From Gnetum montanum (lineage: Eukaryota > Plantae > Gnetophyta): a stretch of 64,000 nt of DNA. Position 1 is the stretch's first letter. Each line of letters begins with the position of its first letter. The DNA lies in the NCBI GenBank assembly GCA_015680685.1, contig MNCI01000535.1:93844-157843 (forward strand), read 5' to 3'. The translations under genes were made by a program, and so were the position numbers. Below, piece after piece: positions 1-13,270 of the stretch. The notes under the pieces are model-generated. The model searched no databases and was not told the origin of the DNA. It saw only the letters and a list, made by a program, of their open reading frames with translations.

Positions 1-231
1 AGTAAAAAAAAAGAACTATATATAGCCATGAAACTTAAGCTAATTTCTATTCATTTTTCTCACTCTGTGAAGGGAGTTTTTGTGGTCTAGAGAGCCTAGA
101 CATTCCAAGTGTGATATCTCACAAACTAGACATCTAATCTGAGCCATTCAAAAACTTGTGAGGTCCCATATTTGAGCTCTACATCGTGGGGGCATGAAAC
201 CTATGATTTCAAATACTTCAAGAACCCTAGT

Positions 232-1907
232 TGTGATGACCAAAAATGTTGATGGCTGGAACATCGAGGGGTTTGCGGGTGCACAACCTAACCCTACCTC
301 TACATGAGGGCTTTGTTGGGAAACGAAGGTAAAGTGCCCTAGATGGTCTTGTTAGTCGAATAGGGACTTTGTTGGTTACAACCAAGGTATCCGGAGTAAC
401 CAGGGGGTGGCGTGGTTAGCCGAAAATGCCAGCACTTACGGTGTTCTCGGCAGTACCGAGGCCAACTAGACCTAAGCATAGCAGGGTCTTTCGGAATAAG
501 AATGGCAATGCAAGTGTGAAAAAAGCATGTAAAATAACGAAAAAGTGCAAATGTGGTGTTGAACATTAAAGAAAATGCTTAAAATGCAAAGGAGTTTGGG
601 AGAAAGAAAGGATGATACCACCTTAGATGGGGAGCATAGCAATTACAAATGAGTTTTACAGAGGTATACAATGATATAGATAGGCATAGTAGTAGCATAG
701 CCAGAGTCTTTGGGGTGTCTTAGGGTGGAGACTGATGTCCACTGCAAGGTCCGTGCCTACTAAGTTGGTTGCCATGGTGTCTTGCGAGCTTGCAGTGCAC
801 TATAGTGCTAAGTGGGACACAAAGGGGTTGCCAAGATGTTGATACACTCTAATGTATAGGGTGCTCACAGTGCTTTAAGTGCCAAATGATGCTATGAGAT
901 GCTAATGCCCATTACTAAAATGAAATGCCAACCCCTAGAGTGTGGAATGCGGGAGTATTTATAGGCTTGGAGTTAGTGTGAAGTGTGGACTGAGTGCCAT
1001 GTGGCAAAGGGATAGGTGGGGAGACGTTGACCTTTGCTATGCTCCTAGTGGGACAATTGGTGCTACACTTTTGTATGCCCTACTGGACCTTGAGGGACTA
1101 CCAAACTGGCAATGCTACTAAGATTGCATGTGCCAAGACCACAATGTACCTGCAAATAGTGGAAAATAATGCAATTTAGAGGCTACGCACTAGGACTACA
1201 TTCTCCCCTCTTTCAAGTCGGATCGAGTGTAGGTGCAATTTTGGAACATAGGGGAAGGTAGAAAAAGAGTATGAGCTGTTGATCCTACTTACTGGAGGAG
1301 TGCTAAAGCTAGAATAAAGGCCTATGCTAAGCTCTGGAAGTTTTTGAAGATAGGTTTTTATTGCTATGCTGGCTACACTCTAGAGTGTAGCACAGTAGTT
1401 AGGCAATTCTTGCAAATATTGAAGTCCAATGCTACTACGTTTTCCATGCTCATGAGCGTAGCAAGATGAGATAGAGCATAGCATGGACACATAGAGAAAT
1501 CTGGCAACAATTGCAATCCTTGTTCTTTCTATGCTAGCTATGCTTAAGAGTGTAGTAGAAAGGGTAGCTTTAAGAGTTAGATTTGTCAAACGCTTCTTTC
1601 ATGCTAAGCCAGCTTGGCAACTTCTGGCTTGACACTAATGTAGATTGGCCACTGGAGTGCTGCTACGCTAGAGAGCATAGTAAGAGGGATGCAAGTGTAA
1701 CAAGACACCTAGAAAAATTTTTGCAATTGCTATTCGACACTTAGAAAACTTTCCAATTCTAGTTGTGTTATATGCTACGCTAGCTACACTCTAGAGCATG
1801 GCCCCAGTAGTGGGATCATGGAATAAACACTTAAAAAATTTGCCTTGAGTTGTCACTTAGACAAATTCGCCATTGCAGTCTTGCTACCCAAATTTGGTGG
1901 TGTTTCA
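232..1907 (-). repeat. 3' LTR of the Tat-clade element (~1.68 kb)
   Basis: Aligns by eye along its length with 26847-28505; TG...CA termini. Confidence 0.88.
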
Positions 1908-1921
1908 CTGGCCCCTCTTTA
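1908..1921 (-). other. Polypurine tract of the Tat element
   Basis: Minus strand reads TAAAGAGGGGCCAG immediately before the 3' LTR. Confidence 0.65.
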
Positions 1922-3529
1922 TCGACATTTGGAGGAGTGGCCCGAGAGATGTCAACAAAGAACCTGAAACACCACAACAAACACAACACCAACATTACTT
2001 GTCAATACCCAATTGGATGGTGTTTCGTTGGGCTTAAGAGTGCTAAGGGGGATGGTATGTCATAGGTAATGGATGTAGGGAATTGGCTTGGGGATAGCAA
2101 GGGAGGGATGAGATGCAAATAATATATCATGCTGTAATATGTAGAGTCAACATGACTAACTATTATCATGGCACCAGGATGGCTTGTTGCCAAATGATGG
2201 CCTCTCATTGGAATGTTTTTGAGAGATCCATCACCCATGGCACCAAACTAGCTTACCCTTGACATGTTGGCTTCTCATTGGAGTGCTTATGAAAAGGTCA
2301 TTGCAAATTCAGGGTTGGACTAGTTGCAAAATTGCAACTTTGCTAGATTTTGCTTAGGGATATGTTTTATCCCACTTTTACTTCTTTTTTTTTTTTTTTT
2401 GTGAAATGCTATTAGCAAGATGCTTTGCCACTTTATGGGCTCTGCTTAGAGGCAACCACATCACATCTGTAGGACAAGTGTTTCCTCCCTAGGATGAGTT
2501 GCATTACATTTGCTTGGGCTTTGATTAGCCCATAGAGGCTCCCCATGGGACAAGTTGCATTACGTTCATTATGAGTTTTGCAGTTGACTGAAAGAAGGGT
2601 GTCATATGCATCAAAGAAGCTTGCAGGGAAGGCAGGGAAAGTGTAAGGTAAAAGGGAAAATGTGAGTGGGGTATAGTAAGGTAATAAGAATGTGCACTAT
2701 CAATCAGCTTGGCGAGTCCAACTAAGCATGTTGGAGCAATGTGGTGCCTTGCCACTGTGATGAATTATGCCTTTGAATGATTGCCTTCAGGGCTTCGTCC
2801 TGCAAACACAATGTAGAGGAAGCAAGAAAACCACCACATAACATGAGAGATAAAAGCAAATGACTAGTTGTAAATGCGTTTTAAGTGTTGTGAGTGTTGT
2901 ACTAGTTATAAGAGCTTGTAGTGCCAAAGTAGGAAGGCCAATGCATATGCTGGAGCCAAAAAGTTACAAAAGCTCTGGCAGCCACACTTGAAGCGAGCAC
3001 CCAAGGGAGGCTGACAAGGTGGTCTAAGGCAATGACAATGTAGGTACTTGAGACTCCACACCAAAGACAAGAGCTTAGAAATCTAGCAGGATGGTGGGGA
3101 GTCATGCTGCTAGATGCACTTCCAAGCCCAGGCAATGGTGAGGGCTAGAGGATGGCAGTGCTATGGTTGGGCCACAATACTACTGTGACTCTAGCAGGTG
3201 GTGTTGATGGTGAGAGCCCTAACCACTGATGAAACACCCAAGGCACGTAATGTCGTCGGCATAGCTTAGGGGTGGTATGATTAGCGATGGTGGTGGTAGC
3301 TCCGAAAGGTCAGAAAAATGCCCAAGAACATCTTCAAAGGATCAGCAAAATGTTGAGGGTGGTGATGTTGCAAATGTTTCAAAGGTATTTTCTTGATGAC
3401 ATGAACTCCATTCTAGAATTGCAACATCCCACCCCACCTAGCCCATCGAGATGTGGGTAGATGATGGAGAATGAAAAGTATTCATGCTTTCTTGTCCATA
3501 AAACTATGGATGTTGAGCCATGCATGCTG

Positions 3530-3925
3530 AACTAAAAACCCAATTTAAGGTCCTAGTAAACTATGATGTGCTAGTTTATAGTCCTAGAAAATTTTTGTGC
3601 ACTAGTTTAATGTTGTAGCAGATGGTGGATGTTATGCCAATTTAACGTCATGAAACAAGGACAAGCTATGCTAGTTTTATAGTCATAGTGGACTATGTTG
3701 TGGATGCTAGTTTAACATCATAGCCCAAGGATGAGCTGTGCTAGTTTAAAGTCATAGCGGACTTGATGTGCCAGTTTAGTGTCATACTGAACATGTGTGC
3801 TGTGGATGCTAGTTTAACATCATAGACCAATGATGTGTTGTGCTATTTTAACATTGTAGTAGATGCTATATGCTAGTTTATAGTCATAACAGACTATCTA
3901 TGTCAGTTTATAGTCATAGTGGACT
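3530..3925. repeat. Degenerate tandem array in the 3' UTR of the Tat element (core GCTAGTTTA..GTCATAG)
   Basis: About a dozen ~30-40 bp units sharing (GT)GCTAGTTTA(A/T)(A/C)(G/A)TCATAG. Confidence 0.8.
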
Positions 3926-3964
3926 CTTGCTTACCTTGCTTTGTCGTTGATGCAGCATTATGTG

Positions 3965-6900
3965 TTAGGTGTAATATGGCTTCAGGTACGAATGATTTGT
4001 TGGATTGGAAAACTCATTGTTGTCTAGATCAGTGAGCTTGAACGCTCTATTGTTATAGGCCTTAGTGACCAAGAAAGGCCCTTCCCAATTGGTTGAGAAT
4101 TTGTTCACGAGTTCACGATCAGCCTTGAGGACTAGATCCCCTTTCTTGATCTAGCACTGGTGCTAATTGTGGTGGTGCTTTTGTTGTTACTTCTCTTAGT
4201 ACTATTCAATGTGATCAACCATCTGCATGCATGCCTCCTATATAGAGTTGAGGTCAATGGCTTTCAACTCATCATTTTGAGCCTTGTTGATGAAGCTCGA
4301 GAGGATCACATGGAGCGATGGAACCTGTAATTCAAGAGGCAAAATCACTTCAGATCCATATACAAGGCTATATGGCATCTTACCCATTACTATTCTACAT
4401 GTTATGTGGTAGGTCCATAGTGCGTAGACCAGCTGCTAATTCCATTGTCATTTATTGCTACTAAGGATCTTCTTTAGAATGTTGACAATGACCTTGTTTA
4501 TGGACTTTGCTTGGACATTCGTCTATGGGTAGTATGGCAATGAAAAGAAATGCTTGATGCCAAGGTATTCATAGAAGGCTTTGGTTTCTACACTGCTAAA
4601 CTATGGCCTATTGTCTATGACTATGGTCATGGGTAGACCAAATCAAGTCATTATATTGTCAAGGATGAACTTGCAAACCTACTATGATGTGGTCCTCCTA
4701 AGAGGAATGGCTTGAACCCACTTAGTAAAATATTTGGTTGTGGTTATGATGAAGCTATGTCCTATTGAGGACTTAGGTATGATGGGCCTTATGATATCCA
4801 ACATCCAATGTTGGAATGGCCATGTGATTTGTGTGGTATGCAGTTCGGTGGGTGGCACGTGTATTAAGTTGCCATGCCATTGACACACATTACACATCTT
4901 GATATTAGAAATACAATCATGCTTCATATAAGGCCAATAGTAGCCTAAGTGTATGATTTTTTATGCCAGTGCCCTGGGTGCTATGTGGCCTCCATACAAT
5001 CCCTCATAGACTTGATCAATGATCATTTGCGTTTCATTGTTGCTAACATAGTTTAGCAGTATGCCATTGTAGGATCTACAACATGGTGTTCTATCACCTA
5101 CAATGACGTACTACCATGATCATTTTTGCACTGCATCCTTTTGGGCAATGGTTAGATGGTGTGAAGGCTTACCATGTTGAAGGTATGACTTGATGTCATC
5201 ATACCACTCTTGCACATGAGCCATGCTTGTTGTGGCTATGGATGCAATGTCAATTACTTGTGTGATAGGTTTGGTGCAATCTGTTACTGAGGTGGGCAAG
5301 GCACGAAACATGTTAGGTGCAATGCTTAAAGATAATGTGGCTAATGCATTGGCAATGACATTCTCATTGCAGGAAATGTGTTGGATATCTACAATTGTAA
5401 AACATCCAAGCAAGGGCTTTTCCAAGTCACAATAAAGTTGTAAATGTTGTGCTTTGCAAGCGTAAACCTCTATAACTTGGTTGATGACTAGCTGCAAATT
5501 GCTTTGGATCGCTAAGTTTCAAATTCCTAGGTCACAAGCTACTATAAGACATCTAAGGAGGCCTTCGTACTTTGCTACATTGTTAGTGCAAGGAAATGTA
5601 AAGTGATAAGTGAAGGCTAGATCTCCTTAGAGGGAAATGCGATTAATATAGCAACACTACCCCCTTGAGAGGTTAAAGCACCATCGAAGTGTAGAATTGC
5701 CTCAAAGTTGGCAGGTACTTTGCTTATATTGTTGACATGCTCATCTAGAAATTCTAGATCTATAGTTGTTTAATCGTTTATTGGTGAAGCTATGAGTTAT
5801 GTAGCTATTACTTGACCTTTGGTTGATGCTTGTGCTATGTAGTGTAGATCAAACTCTATAGTCATTACTTTCCATCATGCAATTCGACTACTTTCTTAAA
5901 TGTTTGTTGTGATTACCCCGAGTACATTACTCTTGCAAATGATGTTTACCTAGCTATGGAAAAGATAGTGCCTTCACTTCTTAAGTGCAAAGACTAAGGT
6001 GAGGTAGTTCTCCAAATCATTATATTTTTCTTTATGGGCCACTAATGCATGGCTTAGGTAGTATACAAAAAATTCTTAGCCATCGTCTCACTTTTGGCAA
6101 AGCAAAGAAGCAATGACATGTCAGAAGTTGCAAGGTAGATGTAAAAAGACTTATCTCCTTGTGGAGGGTAGACTATTGGAAGCTAAGCTAGCTCTTGTTT
6201 GAGTTTGTTAAATGCCTCTTGGCATTGAGATGTCCACTCAAAGTGGACCACCTTTTTGAGAAAATGTTGCATTAGCTATAGCTTATCAATCTATCATGCA
6301 ATGAATTGATGTATGAATTGCAATTTGCCTTGTAACCCATGTAGCTCCTTAAGGTTAGTTTGTAGTGCTAAGTTGATGATGTCCTCAACCTTATCAAGGT
6401 CTACCTGTATGCCTATTTTTGATATCATGAAATATAGTATGCAATGCATCTTGACACCAAAGACACACTTCCTAGGATTCAGCCTAAGGTCATGTCTAAC
6501 GTAGTGTTTGAGTGTATGGTCTAAGTCATTTGTGTGATCGTTTGCCATTTTGGACTTCATGGCTATGTCATCAATGTAGTCGTTAAGCAAGTTTAACAAG
6601 TAATCACTAAAGATGTATGTCATAGCACATTGGTAGGTTGCTCCTACATTATTTAGTTCGAAAGGCATCATTGTATAGCAAAACATATCCTAGGGGGTCA
6701 TGATGGTGGTACTAAGCTAGTGCTCTAGGTTGATCCAAATCTAGTTGTAACTAGAGAACTTGTCCATAAAGGATAACAAAGCATGAACAGTTGTGGTATT
6801 TGATTAATTAATCGATAATAGGCAATGAAAAATTGTGTTTGATGATCGCCTTATTCAAGTCCCAAAAGTCTATGCAAATGCATATGCTTTCATTTTTCTT

Positions 6901-7464
6901 AGGTACAACTACAATGTTGGAGACCCAGTTTGCATAGTCAATAGCTTGGATGAAACCAACCTTATAGAGCTTTATGATTTCATTATAGACTGCTAATGCC
7001 ACCTTAGGCCTAATGTTACAGGCTTTTGGTTTAACTGGGTTTACGCGAGTGTTGAGGATGATATTGTGTTGCACTATGTAAGGATTTAAGCCTAACCTGT
7101 TCTTATAGGACCATGCAAATGCCTTGGTGTTGTCATTGAGTGTCTTTGAGATGCTTTGGGCATGTTGAGGCTCTAACAAGAAACTAAGTTTCAATGTTTT
7201 CACCTTGCCATTAAGTGTTGCTACAAGGACTTTGACAATGGAATCCTCAGTGACATTGCCTGCCTCTAGATTGAGAGCCCTAACTAGATGGTTAGGCCAA
7301 TCTAGTGGTGCTTCTACAAATGTTACGTAGTCATCATGAGCTGTGGGCTTAAGATCTAGGCATTGGGCATCGATGCATTAGATGAGGTCACCATGAGGTC
7401 TTGTGAGGACTAGAGGTGGATGAAGAGACTCATATGTGCTCATGCTATAGTCCTGCAACATATC
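3965..7464 (-). pseudogene. Tat pol remnant: reverse transcriptase, RNase H, archaeal-type RNase H, integrase
   Basis: RT: WVSNIVVVPKK..ICIDFWDLNKA, MPFELNNVGATYQ, YIDDI, LNPRKCVFGV. aRH: LHFDGA (~5690) and QHISCNENVIANALA. INT: CNVCQWHG, WPFQHWMLDII, YFTKWVQAIP, NWEGPF, ending LKPYYT* at 3965. Many stops and frameshifts. Confidence 0.9.
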
Positions 7465-7604
7465 CTACAAAAAAAAACCAAAAAGAATGTCAAGTTGCAC
7501 TTGTTTTAATAGGGTTAAAATGAAAAACATGAGAAAAGAAATGTAATTAATAATTGCCTATACATGCAAAAGTGGACATTAGAAAGGTAAGCATGTGAGT
7601 CGGT

Positions 7605-7775
7605 TTTAGGCCTCAACAGGTCATGGATTGCCAATTTAAGGTCTAGGTAGATCATGAATCATCAGTTTAAGGTCTTAGTAGACCATGATTCACCAATTTA
7701 AGATCTTAGTGAACTGTGATTTTCTAGTTTAAGGTCTTAGTGGACCATGATTTGCCAGTTTAAGGTCTTAGCAGA
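7605..7775. repeat. ~31-bp tandem array (5-6 units) in the protease-RT spacer
   Basis: Repeated GATT..CCA(A/G)TTTAAGGTCTTAGT(A/G)GACCAT. Confidence 0.8.
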
Positions 7776-9619
7776 TTGTGATTTATGCAAAATGCATTTG
7801 TTCAAGCTAGACAAAGAGTGTCTGGATCATGGCATTAAGCTAGGTGTTCATTGGAAAACAAAAAAAAATTAAAAAATTTTCTACGTCTAGGATTGTTAGA
7901 GGAAAGTCAGAAATTTTTCTAACTCTAGCTGCTACACTCACCCTTTCCTATGCTCACCCCCTCTTGCTACACTCCATAAGAAACTTGGAAAAATTTGCCG
8001 AAGTGTGAGAGCACTGATGTGGTAGGTAACACATTTAATTACCTTAGGAGGGGTATATATGCATGATTTACCAAGGTAAACTGCCACTTTTCAACGTGTA
8101 AATGAGGATTTAGAGAGCATAGTGCATTTTTGAAGTGATAGCCAAAGCATAGTAAGTGAAGTGTAGTGACCAGAGTGTAGCACCAAGATGATGCACAGTA
8201 GCGACTGTCAACACCTTGGACTTGCCAATGTGAAAGAGGGAAAGTGAGGCCTAGAACACTTGCCATAGGTGCAGGTGGAGGAGAGGAGAGTGCTGCTGAC
8301 TACCAGGTATGCTAGCTACGCTTGTCCCTTTTGTACCATTTTTTCTTGTGTTGTCTTTTCTTTCTTGCATTGGGGTTTGGGTCATGGGGTGGCCTACCTT
8401 GGCAAGGACTGTTGCCACCTTGGCCACCTTGATAATAGTGACCAAGAAGAGAAAATGCATATATGAGTTATGAGTCTGCAATTTTTTTTCTTTTCTTTTG
8501 GTTAACCACATCTAAGGACAATACGTGATTGATGAGATTTGAGAGGGTTTTAGTGCATAGGACGAGGGAGCAAGGAGAGAATGGGGATTTTATTCCCCCA
8601 TTTTCATGGACACAACTACTTTGTGCATAGCTCCATAGGGCGAGGGACCCTGGGGCTTGGGTAATGACTATTGGCGGTATGGGCTAGGCACAACGATGTG
8701 TGTGGAAAAGGGTCCATTCTTTGTCATGATTCTATTTGTGTAGTTGAGTGTAGCATGTGAATGGGTGAAGCAACAAGGGGATTGGGGCAAGGCATTGCAA
8801 GGGACAGAGATTCATGAGGGTCGTGGTGCATACAAGAAATGCATAGGGATAGCTACTAGAGTGGGGAGAGGGCCAATGGTGTAGCCATGGGGATGGTGGC
8901 CACAACAAGAGGGTAGATGGGGCTAAGGGGAACACTAAGGCCATGGCCTTAGCACATGCCTTGGCATGTGCCATCAACACATGATGGCATGGCAAAAAGG
9001 GACAAAATGACGTCTTACTCTTTGCAAAATTGTGCCTTGGATGTTATGCTTTGTAGGAAGTGTAGCCAACACTTTGGCCGATTCGAGTGCATTGAGGTGC
9101 TACTCTCTCAACAATTGGTTTTTTTTTTTTTTTGCATGGATCATGTTTTTGGAACAACCCAAAGTTAGAATTATTTCAAGCATTAAGGACCACCTCACCC
9201 AAAGTTAGAGAAATTCAAAGGTTCTACTAAATGCAAAAGGTAAAACAAATGCCAAGTTGTAACAAAATGCTAAATGCTAATATGCCATATGAAACAAAAA
9301 TGGAAAATGTACCAAAGCTTGCCAAAATGCCAAATTTGCAAATTGATGGTGCAGAACCATCAAAACATGCAAAACAGGACAAAGTTAATCATGCAAGTGT
9401 AAACTGAAACATAGTACTATACCCCAATGAGCACCAGGCACGTTTAATAGGTATTGACATCCTATGCTAATGGGGCCCCATGGGGGGCCCTAAGGATATA
9501 TTTCTAAGTTACGTTATTGTAAGCTTGATTTGCTAATTTTGCTAAGCAAATATTTTATGTCAAAATGTAATCTATTATGTGCTAACACTACATTCATTTG
9601 TTGTTTTGTGGTTGCAAGG

Positions 9620-11750
9620 TGCTCCTGAAACCTATCTTAGTGGTTGTGGAGCTCATCGACATCCTATCTTACATCAGCTAGCCCATATCCAACACGCCTA
9701 CACTTGACATGAGGTTGGACCATTAGGCAGTGTGGTTTCGGCTAGGAGTAAGTGAATTCCTAGCTTAACTACTACAACACTTTAGTGTGATCATGTGGTC
9801 ACACTTGGCAGTGGAAGCTATAAGTGCCATCACTGAGACATTGTTGACTAGGAAAAATTAGGACATCATACGATTCATCTTCGATGACCCCATGATTAGT
9901 GGTGATCAAGCAAGTGGCCTAAGACTAGGCCCTAGGAGCATTCATCCCTTAGCCAAGATCTGGAGCATGCTGGAGTTCTCTTGTTATAACAAGAGCAATA
10001 CCCTTTTCATTACCATGCACATGCATACAGTCTTCTAGAATCCACCTAAGATTATATATTTTGCTGGGGGCAAGTTCTATTGATTTTTGTTATATCTCAC
10101 TCTCATTAGCCATGCTAGATTTGCTAACTGCTAACTACAGATGCCTAATGCCAAATTTAAAGTTGATGATGAAGGACTCCATAATGAAATAAGGGCTCTT
10201 ACTTTGATCCATACCATGCTAGAGGTATTTTCCTTTAGTCCAAGCTTTTGGAAGGTAGTTATTGAATAGGTGGAAGAGGACTTAGAGAACTACCCCACCC
10301 AATACTTGAAGGCATTCGAGTGATGCCAAATCTACAATTGGCTCGATGAGGGATGGGCTAGTGGGAAGCCCATCTTCTGAGGGCTTATTATGCCATCACT
10401 TGCAGCACACATGTCATTTATTCCATGTGATTATTTTTTTATGTTGGATTGGCTCTTATTACTTGTTCTCATGCATGGGTTGATTGCATAGTGCGAACAT
10501 TGCATTTGCCTATGTTATAGTTATCATTGCTTTAGGAGAAGTAACACTGGTTGCCATTAGTCGTAATGAGGCCACCCTCATTATGAAGTATGGTGAGGTA
10601 GAGGGGGCATAGGAGTGGTTGTGCTATCAAGTCTCAGAGGCTTTGACTGGTCAGCTTACGCATGTTGGGTTGATGGACCTTTTCCTAGCCCTTAGCCCAA
10701 GCACACTAGTGGTTGAGATGGTGAACATTGTTGACTCCTTTAGCCATGATGCTTGCTGCTTTGTTACTCACATGCATGGAGTGAGGGTAGTCTTGGACCT
10801 CAACGATGCCTTCTCTGTTGACTTCTTTGGTCTTTCCTCTAAGGGCCCATCAATCATTAACAAGCCCAGCCGAGAGATGGACCATAAAGAGAAGATTGAG
10901 GAGTGGCTGGGGACCACTCGCTCTCATAAAGGCATCATGGTTGGGAACATGCATGTGCCTAAGGTTTGAAGGCTTTACCCTCTTTTTTGTGTTTGTGTCT
11001 TTCCTAAGTTGCTCTCCAAAGGAAAGGTCCTTGGAATGGAGCAAGTGTGAGTGATGCGGGAGGTTATGGAGGAGGGAACTAGGTTTAACTAGGCCTCTTC
11101 TATCACTACTAAGTTACAAGTAGAGATCATCAAGCTTCACCACAACATTCATGCAAGATCTCACTTTCACTTCACATTTTTTGTATCCTATCTACAAAGG
11201 CTAGCAGAGTTCTTGGTGATCAAGGATAGTGGATGTTGGATTATGCAGGATCATGAGCAGTTGTCCAAGCCATCAAGCATTTATTTGCTACCACTCATGT
11301 GCAAGACCCTCTAGAGGGGATTGAGGAGTCATATTTAGTTATGAAAAAGGCACATCTGGGGAGGTCACAATCACCATATTCCTATGATAGTATAGGCAAG
11401 TGTCCACCAACTGTGAATGAGGACAAGATCCTTGCAGATGTTGAATTTGGCCACAAGGACTGGACACCGTTATCAGAGGTTGAGATCCTCTTATGCTTGG
11501 AGAAGGGCCTTGATAGATTACCTCAAAAGTTCAATGTAGGACCCTCTTGATTTAGTTTCACTTTTTTCTTTTATGCTTTTTTATGTGTCAGCTTTACATG
11601 TTACTCTTGTATTGTAGTTTTACACTTTCTGATTAATTTGTTATTTTGCATTATTTTGAGATAGGCACTAGGCAAAAGCGTAGGCCCTAGTGGAGTAGCA
11701 GAGGAGGAGGAGGAGGAACCTCAACTCCCACTAGAAACCACTAGCTGAGC
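9620..11750 (+). pseudogene. Antisense extra ORF of the Tat element, resembling the 'putative plant transposon protein' (PF20167/Athila-ORF1-like) domain; probably multi-exon
   Basis: The frame of ORF 10619 reads through isolated stops to ~11310: LTHVGLMDLF..FVTHMHGVRVVLDLNDAFSVDFFGLSSKG..RLYPLFCVCVFPK..MREVMEEGTRFN*ASSITTKLQVEI..HFTFFVSYL. A weaker similar stretch lies at 9650-10200. T-rich intron-like segments at ~9510-9620, 10410-10535 and 11550-11660. Confidence 0.5.
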
Positions 11751-11954
11751 TAAATCAATGTAGCCCTATTGTTGGGTAATTTTGCACTTCAACCATTTTT
11801 GTTACATGGTCATGCTATGTACTCTTACTAATAGAGATATAATAAGCTTTTTGTTTTCTGTGATGAGAATTGTAGGTGAAAATTTGTGTTATTTTGCTAA
11901 CTATTTAATGTAGATAATGTAATAGCTCATGTGAATAGGCCCCTTGTGGGCCTC

Positions 11955-12480
11955 ATGCTAGTTTAAGGCCATGGCAAAAGGGCCATTGCTAGTTTAAGGT
12001 CATTTCAAGCTATGGCGATTACTAGTTTAAGGCCATTTTGGGCTATGATTAAAAGGAAACAATTGCTAATTTTGGGCCATGGTGGACCACGAGGTGCCAA
12101 TTTTAGGCCATGGTGAGCTATATGCTAGTTTAAGGCCTTTTTGGGCCATAGCGATGTGAGACAAATTGCAAATTTTACGTCATGGTGGGCTATGCACTAG
12201 TTCTAGGCCTTTGTGGGCCATAGTGGTGCAAGATGGGTTACCAATTTTAGGCTATGGTGGGCCATGCACTAGTTTAAGGCCTTTGCGGGCCATGGGCTAG
12301 TTTAAGGTCTATTTGGGCCATGCATTAGTTTAAGGCCTTTCTAGGCCATGGGCTATTTTAAGGCCTTTTTGTGTCATGCATTAGTTTAAGGCCTTTTTGG
12401 GCCATGGGCTAGTTTGAGGCCTTTTTAGGCCATGCATTAGTTTAAGGCTTTTTTAGGCTGCCTGCTAGCTTAAGGCCTTC
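11955..12480. repeat. ~29-31 bp tandem array (GCTAGTTTAAGGCCTTTTTGGGCCATG core), ~15 units
   Basis: Directly visible reiteration of CTAGTTTAAGGCC / GGGCCATG. Confidence 0.9.
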
Positions 12481-12751
12481 TTGAGTGCCACACGCCCTCC
12501 TCCCCCCCTCATTTTTTTTTTGCAATTTTAGTTTTATAATTTTTATGTGTTTTTAATGTTTTGTTAATGCATAAAAGACTAAATGAAAATGTGTAAGTAA
12601 ATGAGATAAATGCATAATAAAGTGAATAATGCAAACCATAAGCAATGATGCAGAACATAACTATGAAAGCAACAAAATAATGGGACTAATGGAGCATGTA
12701 AAAAATTGAGGGCAAGAAAGCACCTAACACATGTTATGCTAAGGGAGTAGC

Positions 12752-13270
12752 TTAGCCATGTAGTTGCTTCCTGACCTGATGTGGGTTAGGAAGTGCATAG
12801 GGCCTAGGTAACATGAGGCGGTATTCATCTATACCTTCATCATTGATGCTAAAGGGCAATTCTACCCATAAAGCCTCCTTGGGGAGGGTACTAGCCTCTT
12901 TTGGCTCTTTAGGTGGATCTACTAGACAAGGTTGACTCTTGTCCTCCACGGGTAGTATATCATCAAGGAACTTTACCTTTGACCCTTGGTTTGCATCAAC
13001 GTTGTTGATGGTTGGTGGGATCAAGTTGTCACCATATATGATCACTTCTCCACCCTTGTATGGAAGGTGGATTTTTTGATGAATGGGTGAGGAGATGGCT
13101 GACAATTGGGCTAGCCAAGGACTTCCAAAAATCAAGTTAAATTTAGACATCTCCTTGATGATAATGAATTCGGTCGTATTGGGGAATCGATACCCTATCA
13201 CAAAGGCTATTATGACTATTCCCTTCATGAAAATGCATGACCCATTAATGGACTTGAGGCATGTTGTCTT
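12752..13270 (-). pseudogene. C-terminal half of the Tat aspartic protease plus downstream linker
   Basis: TEFIIIKEMSKFNLIFGSPWLAQLSAISSPIHQKIHLPYKGGEVIIYGD matches the typical Tat protease C-terminal motif. The N-terminal half lies at 23195-23300, on the other side of the nested insertion. Confidence 0.85.

Noticed and set aside
3530-3925. CRISPR-like look of a conserved core with variable spacers (also 11955-12480)
   Set aside because: Eukaryotic retrotransposon context, the spacers are related to each other, the repeats are not identical and there are no cas genes; these are degenerate tandem repeats.
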